Shown: positions 40,140-56,340 of the stretch, one piece after another | Layout of the letters: each line of letters opens with the position of its first letter | Position numbering within the stretch: position 1 is the stretch's first letter | DNA from: Amoebidium appalachense | Lineage: Eukaryota; Protista; Ichthyosporea | Assembly: GCA_963693365.1 (NCBI GenBank) | Contig: CAVNZM010000007.1 | Location: 8,801,962-8,865,961 of the forward strand | DNA: 64,000 nucleotides | Direction of reading: 5' to 3' | The notes under the pieces: model-generated | Databases searched by the model: none | Told to the model about the DNA's origin: nothing | The model's input: the letters and a program-made list of their open reading frames with translations, nothing else | Position numbers and translations under genes: made by a program

Positions 40140-42554
40140 ATGCCAAGATCTTGTGCTGTCTACGGCTGCACAACTAATTACAAAGGGCACGAGAGTGCAT
40201 CTTGTTTTGCTTTTCCTAACAAAACTAAAGAGCCCGAGCGTTTTCACAAGTGGGTCAGTTTCTGCAAACGCCAAGACTTAACGGTAAAAAGTAACACAAG
40301 CTGTATAGGTATTTGTATCAAACATTTTAGGCCCGAACATCTTGACCTAGGTTTTGACTACAAAGATCCTAAAACAGATATATCTCGGTTTATTAAACAT
40401 TCCCACCCGAGGTGCAAAGAGAATCAGATTCCTTGCATATTCAACACAGAACTGAATATAGTCATAGAGGAAAAGACACCCAGGAGAAACCCAGAGGATA
40501 GACGAGAAGAGCAAAACAAACGAGCAAAGCTCCAGGAAGAGGCTGAGAAGGCCCGGCTAGAACAACTTGACACCATACACTCGTTCAGCGAGTTGTGCGA
40601 CAACTTCTTAGACCGTCTAAATAGCGTAGGCACGCTGGGGCTCTGAGCAAGTCACACAAACGAGCAGTGAAAGCATACAAGCGGTACTGCTGACAACAGT
40701 TACCCCGTCATTTCCCGGCGGGGTGCCCTTTCCCTTTGTGGGGGCAGTGGTAACTGTTGATCATAACCTTTCTGCAGTGCCTGTTGTGCACACACCGTCT
40801 GTGTTTGGGGCTACATCTTATTCGGTTTCGGTTGACTCGCACACGTCACATTCTATATCTCGGTGGTCCAAGTTGTACCAGTTAATTCATTCGTGCAAGG
40901 AGAAGGCCAACTCAGCAAAGCCAAGCCCGTGCACTCAACCTTTGTGCTTCGATAAGCACGTTGGTTATGCACTCTGGGCCACCTTTTTTTTGGGAAACTA
41001 TCCTTAACACTCGGGTTTTAAATGTTTGCAGATAGCCCTTGTGGAGTATCTAAAGGACGACCTCAACTGGGTCTACGTTCTTCTGGGCAAGATTATGACC
41101 GACCAGTTGGAGGGTCGGTTTGGACACTACAGGGAAATGAACGGAGGCAATTACCACATTTCCACCCGCCAGGTCGCCTCTTCCCTCCACCCTTGTTCTC
41201 TCCCCCCCCCCCCCCCTCCCCCCCCTTCCTCCTCCCCCCACTCCTTTTTTTCTGAGACAATTTTTCAGAGTCCCTCCCCCTCCCCCCTCCCCCTCGTTCC
41301 CAACCAACACCACCAACACCACCACCATCCACCCCCCCACCCCCTCCATTTTCCCCTACTCCCCCCCCCCCCCCCCCTTCTTTTTTTTTCGGATCCTAGA
41401 AGGCTTACCCCCACCTTCCTTCTTTAAACACCAATTGCCAAAAGAAGTAATCCCCCCCCCCCCCCCCCTTCACCCCCCTCCCTCCCCCCTTCACCCCCCT
41501 CCCTTTTCCACCTCCATTTCCCAGATCCCCTCCTGACCGACACAAGCATTGCATTAACTTGCAAACACCCAAATCAGCCGGCTGCAGCTGGCAACTATTT
41601 ATGGTCTGTGCGGTGCTCTTCATCTGCACAGTTGGAAATCAGGATAATGCCAAGCTAACGGAAGGTGTGATATTGAACAGGTGCCTTGAGTCTGAGCGGC
41701 GCATCCGGCTCATCAACCTCTTCATGTTCCGCCGGGGCACGGGCAAGGTCGTGGGCATCAGCACTCTCAAGCAGGCCGTCAAGTTCAACGAGACTGCCCT
41801 GCTGGCCAAGCCTGCCGTGGAACTGGACGTTCTGCTGCAGCCCTTCTCCAGCATTGGCGCTCTGTTGGCTGCCATCACCGTCCCCAACAAGAGCGTGGTC
41901 GTCTTTCTCGCCGGCTACGTCTGCTTCAAGACGGGGCGGGGCTGCAGCTGCAAGCAGTGCCGTGGGCGCTTGTTCAGCAGCCGCCGCCTGGTGGTGGAGA
42001 TCCCAGCCAGCGTCAGAGCCCAGCTTGGGCCGGACGTCATCGACACGTCATACCTGGAGGCCATCGACCGTGAGGGGCTTTCTACTCCCTCCTACGCGGC
42101 CTATGTGGTCGCGGAGACCACTGTGCGCGTGATGGAGTGCCTCACCAGCAAGGAGCTGGAGGGCAAGTTTCTGCACGCCGGCTCCCACCGCCTGCTGGTT
42201 CGCACGCTCGCGGTTCAGCACGCCAAGAGCCGGCCGGAGACAGAGACAATTCGAGGCATTACTTGTGAGGAGTGCGGGGAGGACACGGCGCAGTACCTCG
42301 ACGGCATCGCCATGAGAATGACCAACATTTTGCTCAACAACTACACCAAGGAAGTAACGCGAAAAAGAAAACACCAACCAACAAGCCAAACCGGCAAACC
42401 AAGAAATACGAGGGTGCATCAACCGGATTATTGGCGGCGCACGCCGCGGACCACACGGCCCCAGCGCCAGCGACGACGTGGAGGCTGTGCTCGAGGAGGA
42501 GGACTTCGACGTTTTCTCGTTTTTGAACGACGACGCACTGGGTGCGTTGTGTGA
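40140..42554 (+). pseudogene. P-element THAP transposase, internally deleted
   Basis: THAP: MPRSCAVYGC..FAFP..W..ICIKHF..IPCIF. C-terminal YVLLGKIMTDQLEGRFGHYREMNGGNY, intron 41173-41680, then LESERRIRL...FLAGYV..CKQC..IDREGLSTPS. Most of the RNase H core is missing. Confidence 0.9.
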
Positions 42555-42934
42555 GACTTAGGCAGTTATAGGCAGTGATGATTGCGTCTGGTAGTTTAGC
42601 GTAATGTTTGCACAAGTTTTGCACTAAAATTAGTCTGATGTAGGAGACCCTGGAGGGGCACGTAAGATTTCAGTTTTCGATCACCCTACTCTTTACACGT
42701 AATCTGGAGTATTAGTCTATTGCGTGCCTCGGCCCGGTGTGCTATTTAGGAGGCCTTGGTATATATACAGGCTCATACATTCCCCCCCCCCCCCCCCCCC
42801 CCCCCGCGGGGGGATCCCTTCACCCTCATTTCACTTGAGTTCCGGATCCTCGCGAGTGGCGGTACCCTAGATATAATTCCTGGATATGACGGATAAGTCC
42901 CGGATATATCTACACGCCATTTGGGGCGGCCATC

Positions 42935-43642
42935 TGTTGTTTTGTGTGGGTAAACGGAGAAGCAGAGAGCACAGATGGGTGTTATGTAAAACACAACACA
43001 GAGACACACGGGAAAAACACAACCGGAGAGGAGGAACGATTTCTGGAACCATAGGAAGTGAATACGACTGCTTGTCATTTATTTCAAGATGAGGTCCCTT
43101 TTGTACTTGGGAATGTGAAACGATAAACCAATCAAAAGAACGAAAACTATGAGTGTAAAATATATCGATTAAAATGTCTGTCGACACATAGAATATAAAA
43201 CTCAATCCTCTAATGAAAGAAACTTCTAATAAAAGCACGGAAACATTTAACAAAATGAAACCACTTATATAACTATTAATTCATAACATACATTTATACA
43301 TGTTCTTATCATAACACGTCTAAATATAATTATTCCTAATAGTTGAAGAACATAGCACAATGCTACGTCGTGGGAAAGGAATGAGAAAGGAATGTAAGTT
43401 ACTATATTTGGGAAAATACAAACGAGATATGATTGGATGACATATATAGATTTTGACGCAAACGACAATACGTGTGCGCGAGCTAAGTATGTCGATACGT
43501 ACACAGATCTAAGATGTCGTGTACACGGAAACGGAAAGGAAAGAAAGAAATGAAGAAAGGAAAAGGAAACAAACTACAACAACTAATAAATAAATACAAA
43601 ACTCAACTTCTAAGTCTTGCTGAGAATCAAGTGAAGATGACA
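42935..43642 (-). repeat. Copia A 3' LTR
   Basis: Identical to 57845-58552 except one substitution seen by eye. Confidence 0.96.
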
Positions 43643-44122
43643 TCCCCACTCAAGGGTTGGAAGTTGGGTTCTCGTGAAGTTTGTTGATGTGACTGTTGAT
43701 GTTAAGACTCTCACACATGTAGAAGCAGATGCCGTGAAGTCACAGTCAAGTTTCCCCACTCGAGAAGACAATTGGAGAAGACTTGAAGGTGCAAGCCGGG
43801 GAAGAAAACCAAAACGGAAGAAGCACACAACGACGGTTGCCTCTGAAGACTCGGAAGATGACGGTAGCCAATGACGATATATAAATATATATAGAAGAAA
43901 CAACTAGTGTATGTGTGACGTGTTGGTGGCTAATGATTTATACATTATATATATGATGGTATAAAATAAATGACGGATGGTGGAGAAGAAATCCCCACTG
44001 AAGATGCACACACTGAAGATCGATGAAGACAGCAGTAGACTTTCGTTGGTGAGGTGTCTCTACACGGTGATGTGTAGACCACTGGCCAGTGCCCCAACCT
44101 ACTTGAAGACCACTGTAGATGA

Positions 44123-44157
<35 letters not shown>

Positions 44158-44176
44158 GAGGGGGGGGGGGGGGTGG

Positions 44177-44212
<36 letters not shown>

Positions 44213-44213
44213 C

Positions 44214-45202
44214 TCAGTCACGAAGACTGAGTGAAGCACGGTGTTGCCCGTGGGAGGGCCCGGGCAGGGGCTTGGTGAAGATGTCAGCCACATTGTCTTT
44301 GCTGGACACGTAGGTGACGACCACATCCCCACTCTTGATGTAGTCCTTCGTGTTGTGGTACCGGACTGCAATGTGTTTGGTCCGGTGCTTGATGCTGTTG
44401 GTGTGTAGGAGGGTAATGGTGGACTGGTTGTCACAGTAGACGGGGGTGGGGTCGGTCATCGGGTAGCCGAGTTCACGGAGGAGATCACGGTGCCAGATGA
44501 CGTTTTGAACAGCAGCATTGATGGCTAGAAGCTCAGCCTCGGTGGTGGATGTTGCCGTGATGGACTGCAGCTTCGAATATCATGTGATGGGTATGCCCTT
44601 GAAGAAGATGACGTATCCGGTGGTTGAACGACGGGTGTTGGGGCAGTTGGCAAAGTCAGCATCAGAATAACACTCCAGCAAGGGGGTGTTGTCGTCGGAT
44701 GCAGACTTGTCGTAGTGAAGGCCGAGGCTGGAAGTGCCGATGAGGTACCGAACTACACGGAGTAGGCATTCCCATGCAAGTTTGGTGGGGTTGGCACTGA
44801 ATCTACCGAGGTAGCCGATGGCAAAGGAGATGTCGGGCCGGGAACAACGAGCAACCCACAAAAGACGGCCGAGTAGTTCACGGTAGGGAACCTTGATGGG
44901 TGGTGAGTCGTTCTCGTTGATGGTGATGACGGTGCCGACGGGGATGGGAGTAGCCTTGGGGTGAGCATCGTTGAGGTTGAAGTCTCTGACGATGTCGTTG
45001 ATGTAGGATTGTTGAAGCAGCTTGAGGTGACCGGGGGTGTGGATGAGCTGGGTGCCAAGGAAGATGTCGGGGAGGTCAACCTTGCAGAGAGCTGACTTCA
45101 TGATGTGGTCTACTAGATCCTTGGTGTGGGAAGAGTTGGCCGTGCAGATGATGATGACGTCGTCCACATAGTTGCCAGTGAGGATGATGTCACCGTTGGG
45201 GA
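44214..45202 (-). pseudogene. Copia A RT C-terminus and RNase H
   Basis: YVDD, SRPDISFA, YSDADFA..RRSTTGY, RTKHI, ADIFTK; TGG>TGA stop at about 44580. Confidence 0.93.
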
Positions 45203-48495
<3,293 letters not shown>

Positions 48496-50457
48496 GGAAG
48501 GTCTTGATGTAGACACATGGATCTGAACGGAGACGTTCGAGACCGTGAGCAAGGAGGACCTTGTTGAAGTACTCATACCATGCCAGTGATGCTTGCTTGA
48601 GGCCGTAGAGTGCCTTCTTAAGTTTCCAGACCTTGTGCTCGTTGCCGGGGGTGATGAAGCCAGGTGGTGGCTCAATGTAGATGTCTTCTTGAAGAGGACT
48701 GTTGAGGAAGGCAGTTGAGACGTCGAGTTGATGAATCTCATGGTTGCCGTCCACACCGATGGCAAGGAGGGCACGGACGGAGGAGGACATCACCACGGGG
48801 GAAGAGGTGTCACCGTAGTCAACACCGTAGACTTGAGTGAAGCCCTTTGCAACACCACGAGCTTTGATCTTGGTGTCACCGGCTGAGTTGAGGACTTTCT
48901 CAGTCACAATCCACTTGAACTTGATGATGTTGGCACCAGGGGGGGGATCAACAATGGTGAAGACATCCTTGGTGATGAAGGCTTGGTACTCGGAGGTGAG
49001 GGCAGCTATGACGGCATCACCGTTGGGACCGTTGCAAAGCTTTTGAATGCCCTTGGGGAGCTGGTCAATGTTGATGGTCGGTGCTACGATGCTGACCAGT
49101 GCCGTTGGAGTCTTGGTGAGACGTGTAGACCGACGAAGGTTGGGCTTGGGGGGGTCCTTGAGGGGGGTGGTGGCCGGGTAGGTGGTGGAGGCCGGGACAG
49201 GGGCATGGAAGCCAGGAATAGGACCGGTGGTGAGGGGGGCATCGGTGTCCACAGGGCTGCTCGAGGCCGAGTGGAAGGTGGGGGACCCAGGACGAACCGG
49301 AGTCATGTAGCCGGGTTGATGTACAGCAACGGGGGGGGCCGGCAGCAAGGGTTGTTGGCCAGTGGGGGGGGGGGCTCGGGGGAGGCACGGGTTCAACCGG
49401 GTCTGGTTGGTTGTGCCAGGACGGTTGGGAGATGACCACAGACGAAGTTTCATCGTCATCGTCGGAGGGGGGGTCCAATGTCGGCAGATCGGGTTTGGGG
49501 GGAACGGAGACCTGATTGGTGCTGCTCGTGAATTTCGACTCGTCGAAGATCACATCACGGCAGATCTTGATTTGGTTGCTGGCATGGTCGAGGATCTTGT
49601 GTGCCTTGGAGGGCAGGTCCCAGCCGACCGTGACGTAGGTACCGACTCTGACGGTTGATGCCAGCTTGTTCCTCTTTGACCGGGGAACATGCACATAGGC
49701 AGGGGAGCCGAACACGTGGAGCTGGGAGACGTCGGGTTTGAAGCCGTGGAAGGCCTCGAAGGGAGTGTTGCCGTTGGCAGCAGATGACGGTGTGACGTTG
49801 ATGATGTAGCCAGCATGCTTGAGAGCAGCAACCCACAACTTGGGAGAGAGAGGTTGGTCCTTGTCGGCATGGAGGAAGCAACGGACTGTCTCTTGCAGTT
49901 CTCTCATCTTCCGTTCAACAACACCGTTGTGTTGTGGTGTGTCGACGGGGGCAAACTCCATGATGATGCCTTTCTGCTTGCAGTAGGTCTCGGTGTCCTT
50001 GGAGGTGAACTCAGAGCCGGAGTCAAACCGAAGATGGGTGACGATCTCAGGTGTCTGACGTTCGATGGTTTCAACGAGAGACTGAATGTGGCTGAGGGTT
50101 TCACCACGGTTGTAGAGGGGGAACACGGTGGTGTAACCGGTGGCATCACAAACACACACCAGAGCAACCTTGTAGCCTCCGTAGGAAGCACAGGGAGCTT
50201 CGAAGAAGTCCAGGTGCCACTTAGCACCGGGAATGGTGAACTTGGAACGGGTGCCGGGAAAGGGGGCCTTGGTGGTCTTGCCAGACATGCAGCCGAAGCA
50301 GTCACTGTTGTCGGGTGACTTGAGGGAGGGGGGCATGCCGATGACAAGCTCATCCTTGGCCATCCTGGTGACGGTGGAGAGGGCACGGTGGCCGAGACGG
50401 TTGTGCCAAAGGGTGAGGTCGGCGGTTGGTTGAGTCCTTGCTGTGTAGGCTTGGACC
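48496..50457 (-). pseudogene. Copia A integrase and RT N-terminus
   Basis: LWHNRLGH, CFGCMSGK, RFDSGSEF, PQHNGVVER, KARGVAKGFTQVYGVDY, QLDVSTAFLN, KALYGLKQA; frameshift in a C-run near 49370. Confidence 0.93.
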
Positions 50458-53400
50458 TGTTGGACATCGTGTTCATAGAAGCTAGTTCTAGTGCACGTTG
50501 TTCCTTCTGTAAGTCAGAAATGATTGCATCTTGTGAGGCCAACCTCTGCTCCAGTAGTTGGACTAGTTGCTGCAACTGTAAGTTGTCAGACATAGTGTCG
50601 TGTATGATGGGTAACTTGTCTATGTGTTTTGTGCACTGAAAACGACAGTAGAAAAGTGTAAATCAAACGTTCTGCTTCCCATGTTTGTGACATGGGAGGC
50701 ACTGCTTTATATAGTCGTTGGCCACCTCATGGTGGCCTCGTGTGCACCCTGGTGGTGGGCCATGTACAGCATGGCCGAAAAGAGAGCACAATGAAAACAA
50801 GTCGTTAAAGATATAAAAGTTAACTGTGCACGTTGAGTGGCTAGTTAACTTGCACTAAAGCACACAAATAAACGTGTTTAACACACCAATTGCAGTTAAA
50901 CGTAAATCTTACTTCACACAACTAAAAATATTCTGAGAATATCCGGGAATAAAGCACACTACCACTCTAAGAATAGAATCCTGTGGCAAATATAGACACG
51001 ACATCATCTGAACCGGGAATATTAATTAATGAGCACAATTAGCACGTTGCTAGTGAAGCTCGTCATTGGTACAGTTTTGGCTCAAACATATAACTACCAT
51101 ATATGAATATGACCGTAAACAAAAGCTCTATGCACTCGAGTGAGTGTTGAAACAATTATTCAATTGCTCAGAAACTTTATCTAACAGACATTGCTAGCCG
51201 GGAGTACCAGTGTACTCCAACACCCCTACTCAATTGGATAATTGTGGTATGAATTAATGCAACTGAGCTCGAGTGCTTCAGGTGCACAAAATACAGACAA
51301 TAAAGATTCCCCTACTCAATTTTAGTATGGTACACGTAGTTGCACAGTCGGATGCAACTCTCTCCCCCCCTGAAGTATGAGGGCGCAGTTGGTTGATGAC
51401 GGGTGCTCAGCACATGTTGAGCATCCCCACGGCCTTGGTGAAGAAAGAGGCAGACAGGGCCTTGGTGAACATGTCGGCCTTGTTGTCAGCAGAAGCCACC
51501 GGGACCACAGTGATGTAGCCCAGCAGGTGATGTTCCTTGACGGAGCAGTAGCGGACGTCGATGTGCTTGGTCTTGGGCTTAACCCCCAGGGTGTCCAGCA
51601 GGGCCCGGGCAGACTCATTGTCCCCATGGATGGGCACCGGGGTGGGCTCATCGATAGGATTAAGGCCCAGGTCGTCCATCACATAGTTGAGCCATATGGC
51701 CTCGTTCGTAGCAGCAGACATGGCCACAAATTCAGCCTCAGTGGAGCTGTGGGTGGTGATGGACTGGAGCCGAGACACCCAGGACACAGGGGAGGAGTTG
51801 ATGAAGAAGACATAGCCCGTGGTGGAGCGCCGGGTGTCGCGGTCCTCGGCGTAGTCGGAGTCGGAGTAGCCAACAAGGGTGGGGGGGCCGGGACGGTAGA
51901 CAATACCCAGGTCGATGGTGGCCAGCAGGTAGCTTACAACTCTGGTAGCCATAGTCCAGTGGGTGACGGTGGGCGCATGAATGTGTCGAGTAAGGACTCC
52001 CAGAGCCTGGGAAATGTCGGGGCGGGTGGTACGCGCAATCCACAGCAGGGCACCGACCAGGCTGGCATAGTCCTCCTTCTTGCTGTGGGCTGGGGTCTTG
52101 TTGCTTTCACTGGCCTGGCCCGGGACGATGGGGGTCTTGGTGCCGGACATGTGGGTGAGACGAAAACGGGCAGCCAAGTCGATGATGTGTTGACGATGGC
52201 CCAGACGCAGAGACCCGTCCTCCAGCCAGGTAAGAGTGTGCCCGATGAGCAGGGTAGGACGACCCAGGTCCTTGGCAGAGAAACGAGCATCCAGCTTGGT
52301 GAAAAAATCGTCGATGAGCGCATCAGTGGCGGCCGTCACGGTGAAGTCATCCACGTAGGCAGCAAGGGCAATAAACGTTGGGGTCCCGGCATTCTTGATG
52401 AACAGGCACGGGTCAGCAGCACTCACAATGAAGCCTTGGTCGAGGAGATGGTCACGGAGGGCCTCATACCACTGGCGCGGTGCCTGTTTTAGGCCGTAGA
52501 GCGCCTTGTGGAGCAAGCCGACAGCATGGGGGGCCGAGGGGTTGACGAAGCCAGGGGGCTGCTCAATGTAGATGGTCTCGTTGACGGTGCCGTTGAGGAA
52601 TGCTGTGTTGACGTCGATGTGGCGCAGAGGCAGACCTTGGGCCACGGAGGTAGCCAAAACCAGCCGGATGGTAGCCAGCGCAGCCACAGGTGACTCGGTG
52701 ACGAAATAGTCCTGGCCAGGCTGCTGGTAGTTGCCCCGGGCCACAAGCCGGGCCTTGAAAGCAGTGACGTTGCCGACGTTGTCCTGCTTGACCGTAAAGA
52801 CCCAGCCGACCGGAATGACAGTGGAGCCATCCTCTGGACGGGGCACAAGGGTGAAGGTGCCGTTGTCTTCCAGGGCCTTGAGCTCACGGTGTGCAGCCTC
52901 CTCCCATTTCAGACGCTGGGGACTCTTGAGTGCAGCCCGGACAGTCTTGGGGACAACAATGGTGGAAGCCTTGATGGGTGTTGATGCAGGAGCCGTAGCC
53001 TGGGAGGCAAGGGGGGCCGTAGCAGCAGCCACGTTGGCAGTCGGGCCTCGACGTTGGTCGTTGTACACAGCGCCACTACGGGTCGTCCGGGGGAGCCGAT
53101 GTGCAGGCTCGGGCAGGATCGGAATGTCCAATTGATCACTCGGCGCTGTCCCATTGGCTGACAGACGAGACGAATCAGATTGCTGATCATTCCGGACGAT
53201 GTGATTGGCTGGCTGATTTGACGAATCAGATGACTCCAAAAAATGATGAATTGCCGGTGCGGTCGACCAATCAGATGGGACATCACGGAGGGGGTGCGGA
53301 ATAGCAGCCTCGTCGAACTGCACGTCACGGCTGACGGTCATCTTGTGTGCTGCTGGAATCCAGACCTTGTAGCCCTTGATGTTAGGAGGGTAGCCCACGA

Positions 53401-56340
53401 AGATGCCCTTGACGGCACGAGGCGCCAGTTTCGGTGTATCCTGTTGATGGACGTAGCAGGGAGAGCCCCAGACACGGAGCCGGCTGTAGTCGGGAGGAAT
53501 GCCGGTCCACAGCAGGGCGGGAGACGATTGGCTGCCGGTGGCTCGCGACGGGAGCATGTTGCGTATAAAAGCCGCGGTCACAGCTGCCTCGGCCCGGAAT
53601 CCCACCGGAAGGCCGGACTGCTGCAGGAGTGCCCGAACCATGTCGAGGAGGGTCCGGTTCAGTCGTTCGGCAGTCCCATTCTGTTGAGGAGAGCCGGTGG
53701 TAGTGATCTGATGGCGAATGCCCTGCTCACGGTTGTAGTCCCCGAAGGCCGTGCCCATGTACTCGCCCCCCCCGTCGGACTGAAACACCTGCATGGGAAC
53801 ACCGTGTTGGGTAACCGCCGCCTTGTGGTACGTCACATATGCAGCCAGTGTGTCCGACTTCTTGACGAGGGGCACGGCCGTGGTGTGGCCGGTGAAGTCG
53901 TCGTGGAACGTCGCCAAGTACTGAGCACCACCGATCGCGGGAGGGAAGGGGCCGCTGATGTCGCTGTGAACCTTGGCTAGGACCCGGGGAGCTTGGCTGG
54001 TTGATTCGGAGAAGGCAACACGGTGGGCTTTGCCGATGGCACAGGGCTCACACACACCCGGAGACTTGGCACTGCCACCCACCAACAGGCCTGCAGACTT
54101 GATGACCGAGCGTACAGCGTCAATGCCAGCATGGCCCAGACGGTAGTGCCACGTGTTGAGGTCGGCAGTAACCTTGAGGATACGCGGAGCAGTGGTGGTT
54201 TAGGCGTCCGGGGTTGTGTCCGCGCGCAGAAGAGACACCGCCATGTGGTACAGCTTGGTGCCGACAGCCGAGCCGGTGGCCAGAATTTGATCGCCGTAGC
54301 ACAACTTAACGCCGCCGCGGGTGTCAAAGCGGGGTAAAACGCCGTTGGTAGATGCCGTGAACACACTGATGAGAGTGTCGGGGATGGAGGGCACGTAGAG
54401 TACATCCGTCAGCTGATGCACCGCAGTAACGCCGTCGATGGTGCTGGAAAAGAACACGTCGCCCACCCCAAGCACTGCACATGCACCCTTGTCGGCTACT
54501 TGGACCGTGGAGTAAGGCGCCGCACGCATGTTGACGAACACATCGGGCCGGGGGCACACATGGTCAGTGGCTCCAGAGTCGAGGAGCACCTTGTTGGTGC
54601 CACAGTCGTTGCTAGACATGAGGAAAGCCCGGGGAGCGGCAGCCCCCCCCTTGCACTGTGCCGTAGTGTGGGTAGTAGAGGCAGGGTGGTTGATGCAGGA
54701 CCCAGGCGGGAGGGGACCGTGACCACCCTTAGGTTTGCGGCCGTTGGCACGGTTGCCCCCCTTGCACATGGCGGTAGTGTGACTGGTAGACAGTGGGTGG
54801 TTGACGCAGGAACCCTTGGGGTAGGTGCTGGCACGGTTGTTGCCAGAGTTGCTGTGTTGGCCGTTGCCGTTGGGGCACTGAGACTTGATGTGGCCTGGTT
54901 TGCCGCAGCCGTGGCAGATGATAGGTTGAGGAGCCCGTGTGGTGAAGGCGGCCGGCCCGGAGCTGGTAGTCACACGTGCACGTGGGTGGCTGGTCTCATA
55001 TGCCCGTAGCTGTTGGAGGAGGCCCATTACGGTAGGCTTGGGTGTCATCTTGTAGGCAATGACAGGCATTTCGTAGTAAGGCACCTTGCCGAGGTCGTTG
55101 GTGAGCTTGGTCAGCACTTGAGCATCACCAATTTGTGTGCCGTAATCGGCCAGGCGCCGCACGTAGCCGTGGAGCTTCATGGCGTATTTCGTCGCGGTGT
55201 CCGTAGGTTCAGGCGTAGAATTCATGTACAGCCCGATAAGGTCGTACTGATTGGCCTCAGATTGCTCCAGGTAGTGGGCAGATAGGGCCGACCATATCTC
55301 CGCAGGTGTGGTGGTGCGTGTTAACCCTAGGATACAACGCACGTCAACCGAGAGTGCTTGCCACAGGTAGGAACGGGCAGTGTCGACCTGTTCACGGGTA
55401 GCCGGGTGCTCCGTACTGGGCGCGATGGTGTGGAGAAGACCAGCACCAGAAAGCTGGACATACATGGTTTCGGCCCATGTGTGATAGTCCGTGCCTGAAT
55501 CATTATCAATGCCAGTGAAGAGAGGGATGTCGACCTTGAACTTGATGGAATCATTACGTGAGGGGCCCATAACCCTGTTGGACATCGTGTTCATAGAAGC
55601 TAGTTCTAGTGCACGTTGTTCCTTCTGTAAGTCAGAAATGATTGCATCTTGTGAGGCCAACCTCTGCTCCAGTAGTTGGACTAGTTGCTGCAACTGTAAG
55701 TTGTCAGACATAGTGTCGTGTATGATGGGTAACTTGTCTATGTGTTTTGTGCACTGAAAACGACAGTAGAAAAGTGTAAATCAAACGTTCTGCTTCCCAT
55801 GTTTGTGACATGGGAGGCACTGCTTTATATAGTCGTTGGCCACCTCATGGTGGCCTCGTGTGCACCCTGGTGGTGGGCCATGTACAGCATGGCCGAAAAG
55901 AGAGCACAATGAAAACAAGTCGTTAAAGATATAAAAGTTAACTGTGCACGTTGAGTGGCTAGTTAACTTGCACTAAAGCACACAAATAAACGTGTTTAAC
56001 ACACCAATTGCAGTTAAACGTAAATCTTACTTCACACAACTAAAAATATTCTGAGAATATCCGGGAATAAAGCACACTACCACTCTAAGAATAGAATCCT
56101 GTGGCAAATATAGACATGACATCATCTGAACCGGGAATATTAATTAATGAGCACAATTAGCACGTTGCTAGTGAAGCTCGTCATTGGTACAGTTTTGGCT
56201 CAAACATATAACTACCATATATGAATATGACCGTAAACAAAAGCTCTATGCACTCGAGTGAGTGTTGAAACAATTATTCAATTGCTCAGAAACTTTATCT
56301 AACAGACATTGCTAGCCGGGAGTACCAGTGTACTCCAACA
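50458..56340 (-). mobile_element. Ty1/copia retrotransposon B, full length, nested in copia A
   Basis: 765-bp TG...CA LTRs (50458-51222, 55576-56340; one difference seen), 5-bp TSD ggacc, PBS ggttatgggcccc, PPT ttgagtagggg. Confidence 0.97.
51407..55711 (-). CDS. Copia B gag-pol, single frame with one in-frame TAA at 54200-54202
   Basis: Gag with CCHC, protease LDSGATDH, TWHYRLGH, integrase SDGGGEY/QQNGTAER, RT YVDD, RNase H YSDSDYA...ADMFTK. The ATG lies inside the 5' LTR. Confidence 0.93.

Larger units (their letters stand above)
36506..42758 (+). mobile_element. P-superfamily DNA transposon
   Basis: Perfect 36-bp TIR caaggcctcctaaatagcacaccgggccgaggcacg (36506-36541; reverse complement 42723-42758). 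8-bp TSD gtatatat on both sides. THAP transposase inside. Confidence 0.95.

Noticed and set aside
42775-42934. Similarity to 58630-58770 (ccttcacc..catttca; ccggatatat.tacac) on the other side of copia A
   Set aside because: An old diverged tandem duplication at the insertion site; no element boundaries definable.
49904-50593. 229-aa ORF starting MSDNLQLQQ
   Set aside because: The LTR-encoded gag start of copia B's 3' LTR running out of frame into copia A; a by-product of nesting.
51377-55285. Long plus-strand ORFs antisense to copia B (and similarly to copia A and the 34341 gene)
   Set aside because: Shadow ORFs caused by GC-rich codon bias on the coding strand.
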